IMG/VR virus record: IMGVR_UViG_3300031867_000016
Coordinates: 91,293-113,010 of that record
Origin: a virus
Lineage: Duplodnaviria > Heunggongvirae > Uroviricota > Caudoviricetes
Strand: one strand, 5' to 3'
DNA length: 21,718 nucleotides
The stretch's first letter is position 1; each line of letters starts with the position of its first letter. Shown in pieces: positions 15,865 to 21,718 of the stretch. The position numbers and the translations under genes were made by a program. The notes beneath the pieces were generated by a model that worked only from the letters and a program-made list of their open reading frames with translations, ran no database searches and was not told the origin of the DNA.

Positions 15865-16284
15865 TTAAGCCGCTACGGGATAAATGCCCTTCTTTGCAAG
15901 AATCTGATAGATCATAAATTCACCTTTGCGAGTCCAATACCTGAAGCAATGACTGTTACGTTCAGGAACCGTATATCCCATGTTTTCATATTCCTTTGTC
16001 AGGTGACAGCGGTTGCCAACCATAAACATTGCATTGGCTGCAACAAGAATTCTATTCAGTTTCTTTGCGCTGATATTATATTTTTCTGCAATTTCTGTAA
16101 TTGTGAGAGATCCGCTGGCATCCAGCATATAATAATTAGCATAGTCTACCAGAGCCCTGTTCTGATTGTAGAATTCCTTATAATACTGGAGTTCTCGCTT
16201 TTCTTTTTCAAAGCTTTTGAATTCGTCTTCAAGGATCGTCTTAATTTCCTTGCAGACACGTTCGATTTTGATGTTGTGTACCAT
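15865..16284 (-). CDS. Phage antirepressor KilAC (ANT C-terminal) domain protein
   Basis: ASGSLTITEIAEKYNISAKKLNRIL...YENMGY...YWTRKGEFMIYQIL matches the KilAC pattern. The N-terminus is coiled-coil-like, with no BRO-N domain. Confidence 0.8.
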   Translation of the reverse strand: MVHNIKIERVCKEIKTILEDEFKSFEKEKRELQYYKEFYNQNRALVDYANYYMLDASGSLTITEIAEKYNISAKKLNRILVAANAMFMVGNRCHLTKEYENMGYTVPERNSHCFRYWTRKGEFMIYQILAKKGIYPVAA

Positions 16285-16298
16285 TTTTACTCTCCTTA

Positions 16299-16493
16299 TT
16301 ATCTTTCACCATCGGCACAGAACCAGTCTGACCTTTTGTAAACATCATAAATATCACACCAGTAACCTTTGAATGGCTCTGGACATTTATCTCCATACTT
16401 GCAGTCTTTGCAGCATACGACTTCTGGAAAATTCAGCTTTTCAAGCGCTTTTTCAGTGGCTTCATCAGAAGCTTCTATAATGAACTTTCTCAT
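16299..16493 (-). CDS. Small Cys-rich phage hypothetical protein
   Basis: VVCCKDCKY...YWC...DWFCADGER, a pattern common in small Bacillota phage proteins and probably Zn-binding. Confidence 0.75.
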   Translation of the reverse strand: MRKFIIEASDEATEKALEKLNFPEVVCCKDCKYGDKCPEPFKGYWCDIYDVYKRSDWFCADGER

Positions 16494-16597
16494 TTTTCAT
16501 CATCCTTATGTTTTTCGTCGTACCAGTTAAAGATTGCTCTCCATACTATTGGTGATATAATGACCAGATACCAGCCGATTGCACAGAATATTTCCAT
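16490..16597 (-). CDS. 35-aa putative single-pass membrane peptide
   Basis: Hand translation: MEIFCAIGWYLVIISPIVWRAIFNWYDEKHKDDEK. Its stop overlaps the next start (ATGA). Confidence 0.6.
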   Translation of the reverse strand: MEIFCAIGWYLVIISPIVWRAIFNWYDEKHKDDEK

Positions 16598-16598
16598 G

Positions 16599-16775
16599 TT
16601 ACTTTCTGGAATAACGACACGGTCTCATGCGAGGCATACCGCGCTTTACGAGCAGATTGTATACGCTGGGCTTGTATTTCTTATAGATCCAGCCGCCTTC
16701 AGGTGTCCTGCGTTCATAGTAGATAGCTGTTTCATTGGCATTCCATGCCTTTTCAAATTCTATGTCTTTTGTCAT
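16599..16775 (-). CDS. 58-aa hypothetical protein
   Basis: Hand translation: MTKDIEFEKAWNANETAIYYERRTPEGGWIYKKYKPSVYNLLVKRGMPRMRPCRYSRK. ATGA-coupled to the upstream ORF, with an AAGGAA SD. Confidence 0.65.
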   Translation of the reverse strand: MTKDIEFEKAWNANETAIYYERRTPEGGWIYKKYKPSVYNLLVKRGMPRMRPCRYSRK

Positions 16776-16978
16776 AGTGCATCGTTCCTTTCTTCATCTG
16801 CTATATACATGTCAAGATACCTGTTTCTGGCTTTGATAATATCATCTGTTGTAAGCTTACGATGGAGTTTGCAGTCTCTGTCGTTCATTTTGAATGACAT
16901 CTTTATACCAGTGGCATTGCGAGGAATGTCGATGAGAATTGACATCTCATCGACATAAACAGGTTCTGAGTTTTTCAT
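16772..16978 (-). CDS. 68-aa hypothetical protein
   Basis: Starts 2 nt after the RT stop, with a GAGGTG SD inside the end of the RT gene. Confidence 0.7.
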   Translation of the reverse strand: MKNSEPVYVDEMSILIDIPRNATGIKMSFKMNDRDCKLHRKLTTDDIIKARNRYLDMYIADEERNDAL

Positions 16979-16980
16979 TC

Positions 16981-18165
16981 TTACACCTCTTCATTGAATT
17001 TTACAACGGTACCATGTTTCAGATACTTGTTGATATCGATATTGAATTTCTCTGAAATGTGCGTAATGACGTATTCTGTATATTTCCTGTCAACCATTTT
17101 GTAGTATGCGATCAAGCCAAGTATCTGATTGTCGGTCTTGTCAACTTTGTCTTCAATACCGTTTCCTCTGGCAGCGACTCTTGTAAGCAGAGCCTTGAAT
17201 TCCTTCTTTTTGCGCCAGCCAATCGTAATATTGTTGTCTTTGTTGAGCATGAGACCGAGATTCCAGTTTTTACCGGCAATAGAGCCGTAACGGGTCTTCT
17301 TACTGTTGATTTCGTAATAATACCCAAGCTCAGTAAATGTGTTCTTCACAATATTGATAACATCTGTGTACTTGAATGACTGCTTGGAACTGAGCAGCAT
17401 ATCATCAGCATATCTTGTATATGTGATTCCCATTTTACGCATCTTTTTGCTGAACTCGTAATCAAACGGAATCATAATAAGATTCGTCAGAATTGGGCTG
17501 ATAACGGTACCCTGAGGCAGTCCACCGTCAAGCATGCAGATTTTGATAAGCCCAATCATTTCTGTATATACATAGTATGGAAACACATTGAATGGATGAA
17601 TATACCTCAATATGTTTTCAATCATTGCCAAGTTTGTGTTATCAAAGAATGAATGAAGATCGAGCTTAAGAAACCACTTCGATTCATTCTTCTTGTGCTT
17701 ATTCAGGCAGTTGATAATATTCTTCTTCTTGATATAAGCACATGCTGATGCATGATAGCCACAATTCGGAAACATTTCCTCAATAAGGCTCTTGATCATT
17801 CGGTGAAGATACCGCAGCGTTTTATCGGGATCGCGAATAATGCGTACACCGCCAGATTTCTTCGGGATCTCATATACCTTGTAGTGATCTTTGAGATCTG
17901 GATTGGCGACAAGCATTTCTGAATGATTTCTCATGACGTAATTGTAAAGATGTTTTATGTCTTTCTCGTACTTGGCATAGTTCTTTACCATTGTACCGTC
18001 AAAATAATTAGTAGAATATTTGCGGGTCACAGTTGTAGGAACTTTACGCTTTTCAGCTTTTACAAACTGATCCTCGCTGACTTCCTGCTCCAACATGGAC
18101 ATGAAGTCTGGACTTTTACTTTTTCTGTAAACAAAAATTGGCTTGTTAACATAAACTTCAGCCAT
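16981..18165 (-). CDS. Reverse transcriptase, retron-like
   Basis: 394 aa. YEIPKKSGGVRIIRDP; ACAY...NCLNKH (region X, NAxxH-like); LKLDLHSFF; GLPQGTVISPILTN; YTRYADDMLLS; NLGLMLN at the region Y (VTG) position. No maturase or endonuclease domain. Confidence 0.92.
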   Translation of the reverse strand: MAEVYVNKPIFVYRKSKSPDFMSMLEQEVSEDQFVKAEKRKVPTTVTRKYSTNYFDGTMVKNYAKYEKDIKHLYNYVMRNHSEMLVANPDLKDHYKVYEIPKKSGGVRIIRDPDKTLRYLHRMIKSLIEEMFPNCGYHASACAYIKKKNIINCLNKHKKNESKWFLKLDLHSFFDNTNLAMIENILRYIHPFNVFPYYVYTEMIGLIKICMLDGGLPQGTVISPILTNLIMIPFDYEFSKKMRKMGITYTRYADDMLLSSKQSFKYTDVINIVKNTFTELGYYYEINSKKTRYGSIAGKNWNLGLMLNKDNNITIGWRKKKEFKALLTRVAARGNGIEDKVDKTDNQILGLIAYYKMVDRKYTEYVITHISEKFNIDINKYLKHGTVVKFNEEV

Positions 18166-18182
18166 GTTGAAACTTCCTTTCT

Positions 18183-18869
18183 TTATGCTGCGTCGATTGT
18201 AAAATTAAAAGCATCAATGAGAATGATGCTCTTCAATTCGCCGCTTTTTACGAAATTGATAAAATTTGCGACTCCTGCCGCGCAGATCATTCGTACAGTT
18301 GGACAGACCGATAATGACAAATTACATGCGCTAACAGGTGTTTCGGCTTGTGCTTCTTCGCTGGTAAAGTTCATTCCTTCGAAGAAATTCGCAATATCAG
18401 CCGGTTTTGACCAGTCAGCAGCATAATGCTGCGCGTCTGTCAGTCTCATGCGATAATCGAACATCGCTTTGATATTCAGGTTGTATTTGTTGTCAGTAAC
18501 GATTTTCTTGCGAAGTTCAATACTGTCAACTGCCAGAATGACGTAACCAGACAGTCTCTGACCGATATAGCCTTCTTTGACAATTTTGAGTGTGCCGGCA
18601 TTATTCAGTTCCGGGTTAATGGCTTTCAGGTGCTCTGCGAGTGCTTCAACCTTATATTTGCCAATATCTGCCTCTGTATAAAGCTGATTGGCAATATTGT
18701 GACTTTCGACCGTATCGAAATCATACAGGGTAATTTTGGTAATACCGAAACGAGTAAGGTTTTCAGCAACAGTCGAACCAATCGCGCCGCATCCTATGAT
18801 GTGGATGCGGTCGCGAAGTTTCTCAGGCTGAAAGAAATCATATGACTTTACGATATTCATTCCAGTCAC
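18183..18869 (-). CDS. ThiF/E1-like adenylating enzyme
   Basis: IIGCGAIGS, YDFDTVESHNIANQ, KYKVEAL and AVDSIELRK. The Zn-binding CxxC pairs of ThiF/MoeB are absent. A candidate catalytic Cys lies in PVSAC. Confidence 0.9.
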   Translation of the reverse strand: MTGMNIVKSYDFFQPEKLRDRIHIIGCGAIGSTVAENLTRFGITKITLYDFDTVESHNIANQLYTEADIGKYKVEALAEHLKAINPELNNAGTLKIVKEGYIGQRLSGYVILAVDSIELRKKIVTDNKYNLNIKAMFDYRMRLTDAQHYAADWSKPADIANFFEGMNFTSEEAQAETPVSACNLSLSVCPTVRMICAAGVANFINFVKSGELKSIILIDAFNFTIDAA

Positions 18870-19618
18870 CTCTGATAACTGTAGTACGAATAATTGTCAT
18901 CATTTTCGTAATAATTTGCCAGTTTCTTGTCTTCAGAGCCCATCAGCCGGGTTCCTTTGGTTGAATAGGAAACATTTGTTACTTTTGTTACCTTCTTGTC
19001 GGCATCTTCGAGAATATCCCAGATAGATGTATCATCATCAAATATAACATCGATACAGAGATCTTCCTCGTCATAGACCATGCCAGTCTCCATATCGTAA
19101 AGCTCCCAAGACCATGCGCCTTTCTTGTTGAAAATGCCGAAAATGAGATAGCCGGTATCTCCGAACTGAGAGATAAGATCTGTGCGTTCTCTCATATCGA
19201 CATTGCTTGGATTGGTACCCATATTAACATGAGAATGCCCATAGAAGCGGATTTTGTTGAATATGTCGTCAGGAAGTGCATTTTTCCATTCGTCATATTC
19301 CTTTTCATCGGTATCAACAGTCGCTGCGGATACTTTCTGCGGAAATACGAGAATGTCGGTAATGACAAAGATCTTCTTATCAGGATGCTCAACAATGCCT
19401 CTCCAGCCGATTTCCGAGTCGTAGCAATTGATGAGCGTATACATCTTGATATAGGCTTTCGGAGTAAAGAGAACCTGAATCGGATCATCCGAAACAGTCT
19501 TCTTCAGCGTGGTTGTATACGAGATATTGCCACCAGTGAATTTACCATTCAGTAATTTGGTGGAAAAGTCAGACATAAGCTGTTCATAGATTTCATTCGT
19601 CAGTCTGAACGGTTTCAT
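18866..19618 (-). CDS. JAB/MPN (JAMM) metallo-isopeptidase
   Basis: Catalytic Glu in SEIGW and an exact JAMM motif, H-S-H-x7-S-x2-D (HSHVNMGTNPSNVD). Confidence 0.9.
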   Translation of the reverse strand: MKPFRLTNEIYEQLMSDFSTKLLNGKFTGGNISYTTTLKKTVSDDPIQVLFTPKAYIKMYTLINCYDSEIGWRGIVEHPDKKIFVITDILVFPQKVSAATVDTDEKEYDEWKNALPDDIFNKIRFYGHSHVNMGTNPSNVDMRERTDLISQFGDTGYLIFGIFNKKGAWSWELYDMETGMVYDEEDLCIDVIFDDDTSIWDILEDADKKVTKVTNVSYSTKGTRLMGSEDKKLANYYENDDNYSYYSYQR

Positions 19619-20528
19619 TCTTTTCGTCTCCTAATAAAATAATTGGATCGATTTCGGTGATAGGGTAGGCTGCGGCCTTCTGATGGCCTCCGCCTCCGTG
19701 CTGTTTTGCAATTTCGCTGAGATCAGGTGAATGATCCAGTCCACGAAGATGAACGGATTTACCCATTTCAATCACAGCAACATAATCAATATTTGTACCG
19801 TATTTGGTTGCAATCGTGTTGCCGACGAGGGAAATATTGTTTTCAGCATAAACACAGGCAATTTTATGCCCATTTGCTTCGATAATTTTGGCCTCATCAG
19901 TCTTACGATCTGTATATTCATGGGCCTGTTCTTCCTTGTATTTGATGAATTTGAGAATAGTTTCATCAAAAAGCTGGAATGATGCGTAAGGATGATCAGT
20001 GATGGTATCAATGACATATTTGATAAATGTGTCATGATCGACCATGTAGCAGAAATGGTTCAGCTGCTGAGGAAGACCGAGTTTGGTTTTGTCAAAGCGA
20101 TATGTATCATATTCCGCTACTGCGTCTGCAAAACTCATAATTGCAGTCACGGCTTCATCAAAGAAGCATCTTGCTGCGATGGATGTTGCGCTGTCGATGC
20201 CATTAACTACGATTCTGCACCACGGATAATTCATGTGTTCTGAGGTCTTATGGTGATCCATCAAACGAACCTTGAGCGTATTGCCATAGCTGTTGACAGT
20301 CTTGTCGATCTTTTCTGCAAGTTCATCGCTGATAGACAGATCAGTGATGAGCAGTGCCGCTGATACCTTATTGCCATTATCCAGATAGTCATTGATTTCT
20401 TTCTCAACATTGTCATAATCGACATAGTGAGTTTCGATCTCATCGCCAGTCATACGGGCGTAGAGCTGTGCCAGAGCAGCACAGCTCACGCCGTCAAGGT
20501 CTGTATGTGTGAAATGGTAAATTTTCAC
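19593..20528 (-). CDS. DHH/DHHA1 phosphoesterase (NrnA/NrnB oligoribonuclease-like)
   Basis: THTDLDG, ITDLS, MDHH, YDTY and C-terminal GGGGHQKAA. Confidence 0.92.
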   Translation of the reverse strand: MKIYHFTHTDLDGVSCAALAQLYARMTGDEIETHYVDYDNVEKEINDYLDNGNKVSAALLITDLSISDELAEKIDKTVNSYGNTLKVRLMDHHKTSEHMNYPWCRIVVNGIDSATSIAARCFFDEAVTAIMSFADAVAEYDTYRFDKTKLGLPQQLNHFCYMVDHDTFIKYVIDTITDHPYASFQLFDETILKFIKYKEEQAHEYTDRKTDEAKIIEANGHKIACVYAENNISLVGNTIATKYGTNIDYVAVIEMGKSVHLRGLDHSPDLSEIAKQHGGGGHQKAAAYPITEIDPIILLGDEKNETVQTDE

Positions 20529-21718
20529 TTATTGCCTCCTTGAAGAATGTCAAGTACTTCGAGCGCAGTATAGAGTTTTCCGTCTTTATCTTCATAGATC
20601 TTTTCTTCAGAATGTCTGCCGTAAATGTCCTGCATGAATCTGGTCATGGTTGGAGTTTCCTGCAGATTGACACTTGCCGCTGAAAGCTGACATGTAGTAA
20701 TTGCTCCAGGAATGTCGCCATCCATTAGATACCTGACGATTGCAGACTGATAACCACCGAGACAGCTGAAATAACCGATATGCGGATTGATCATTCTTGT
20801 ATCGTCAACCGTATCCAGACTGTATCTGTCCAATGCACAAACGGAACTTTCTTTAAGGTTGAATTTGTAGCCAGCCTTCATTCGCATTCTGAATGTTTTG
20901 CTGTACAGCGCAGTCATGAACAGTTTCTTGTTGTCATCGTCAATGAAATGTTCATTGATACCAACATATTCCTGACCTTCACCATCAAGATAAAACAGGC
21001 TCTTCTTGTCTTCCAGCATTGATTCGAATACATCTTCGTCGTATTCCTCAAAATATGTATTGACTTCAAAGCGGAAAGTGGCATTGCCGTTGTTGGCTCC
21101 TGTGACAATAATGTTGTCGTTGTTTGTGATAAATTCCAGAATATGATCTTCCTTATCGTTCATATTTCTGTAGGCAATGAGTCTCAGGTTATTGTCCTGA
21201 ATTTGCTGATTCAACGAAGAAATTTCATCAAAGTAGCGGTCGATGTTCCGTTTGATGCTTTCGTTCTGATCTTTGATCTTTGTCATCTGTGCTTCATGGA
21301 TATTCTTTGTGAACCCGTTAAGCAAATACTCAGTTCTCATCTTATTGAAGCATTTCTGCTTAAGCGCATAAAGAATATTGATGGTTTCTGAATAGTGAGG
21401 TCCACCTGGTCTATCATCGTAGAAGAATGACGCAAGATATGCCTTTTCTTCATCAGTCAGAGGCTTTTCCTCGAAATACCATGGTGCCAGTCTGCGGAAG
21501 AGACCGCAGAAATAATGAAATGTCTCGACAGACATTTTGTTGGTAATAATAATTGATCTTTTGATTGTCGGATTGATGAATACCCGACATGTGAGGAAAT
21601 CCTCAATTTTATGATTAATATCAGGCTGTTCGATCCAGCCTTCGGGAATTTCGAAATTCAGTGTAATGGTGCCATGCCGCTGCATGTTGATAATAAAGAG
21701 AATGTTTTCTTCGTCATC
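20525..21718 (-). CDS. Putative E2-like (ubiquitin-conjugating fold) protein with N-terminal coiled coil, 5' end outside window
   Basis: C-terminal INPHIGYFSCLGGY resembles the E2 signature HPN/HPH-(x)n-CL, and it lies next to JAB and E1 genes. The 33 nt upstream of the ATG at 21685 are in frame and open (DDEENILFIIN), so the gene continues past the window. Confidence 0.6.
   Translation of the reverse strand, partial: DDEENILFIINMQRHGTITLNFEIPEGWIEQPDINHKIEDFLTCRVFINPTIKRSIIITNKMSVETFHYFCGLFRRLAPWYFEEKPLTDEEKAYLASFFYDDRPGGPHYSETINILYALKQKCFNKMRTEYLLNGFTKNIHEAQMTKIKDQNESIKRNIDRYFDEISSLNQQIQDNNLRLIAYRNMNDKEDHILEFITNNDNIIVTGANNGNATFRFEVNTYFEEYDEDVFESMLEDKKSLFYLDGEGQEYVGINEHFIDDDNKKLFMTALYSKTFRMRMKAGYKFNLKESSVCALDRYSLDTVDDTRMINPHIGYFSCLGGYQSAIVRYLMDGDIPGAITTCQLSAASVNLQETPTMTRFMQDIYGRHSEEKIYEDKDGKLYTALEVLDILQGGNK

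Noticed and set aside
16981-18165. Group II intron or diversity-generating retroelement
   Set aside because: The RT lacks maturase and endonuclease domains, does not interrupt a gene, and has no domain V-like flank that I could see. I saw no TR/VR pair or avd-like gene, and the motifs (PQGxxxSP, IPKKSGG) are retron-like.
18183-18869. Thiamine or molybdopterin biosynthesis gene (thiF/moeB)
   Set aside because: No thiS/thiG/moaD context and no Zn-binding CxxC motifs; the JAB and E2-like neighbours favour conjugation, so no gene symbol was assigned.
405-21391. The many plus-strand ORFs and short alternate-frame minus-strand ORFs in the track (e.g. 5905-6507, 6715-7521, 8224-8991, 9112-9921, 13279-13848)
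   Set aside because: They are shadows of long, motif-bearing minus-strand genes and have no SD sequences or domain signatures.
1-21718. tRNA or rRNA genes, integrase, att sites, alternative genetic code
   Set aside because: None recognisable. Long genes read through with the standard code and almost no non-coding space exists outside 15193-15864.

Overview
This is a gene-dense segment of a large tailed phage or prophage, with every credible gene on the minus strand. The host is probably Bacillota, judging by strong AAGGAG/GGAGG ribosome-binding sites, a RemA-like gene and a YonO-like polymerase. In transcription order (right to left) it encodes: a ubiquitin-like conjugation set (E2-like, JAB/MPN, E1/ThiF) with an embedded DHH phosphoesterase; a retron-type reverse transcriptase (RT); five small ORFs; a ~670-nt non-coding region; a YonO-like single-subunit RNA polymerase; a replication/recombination/repair block (Sak3-like annealing protein, SSB, T7-type primase-helicase, Rnl2-type RNA ligase, metallophosphoesterase, Cas4-like nuclease, DnaE); a RemA-like gene; and the start of a probable structural gene. 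The main observation is that the non-coding region 15242-15853 is almost entirely filled by three tandem units with retron msr-msd architecture. Each unit has its own flanking inverted repeat with a G facing a G at the stem base, two msr-like stem-loops (the second is 20 nt and conserved with compensatory changes), and a different long GC-rich msd-like hairpin. This suggests a phage-encoded retron with several ncRNA templates, whose RT is detached from the ncRNA array and sits in an operon with an E1/E2/JAB system. All family assignments come from motifs read by eye; no searches were run.
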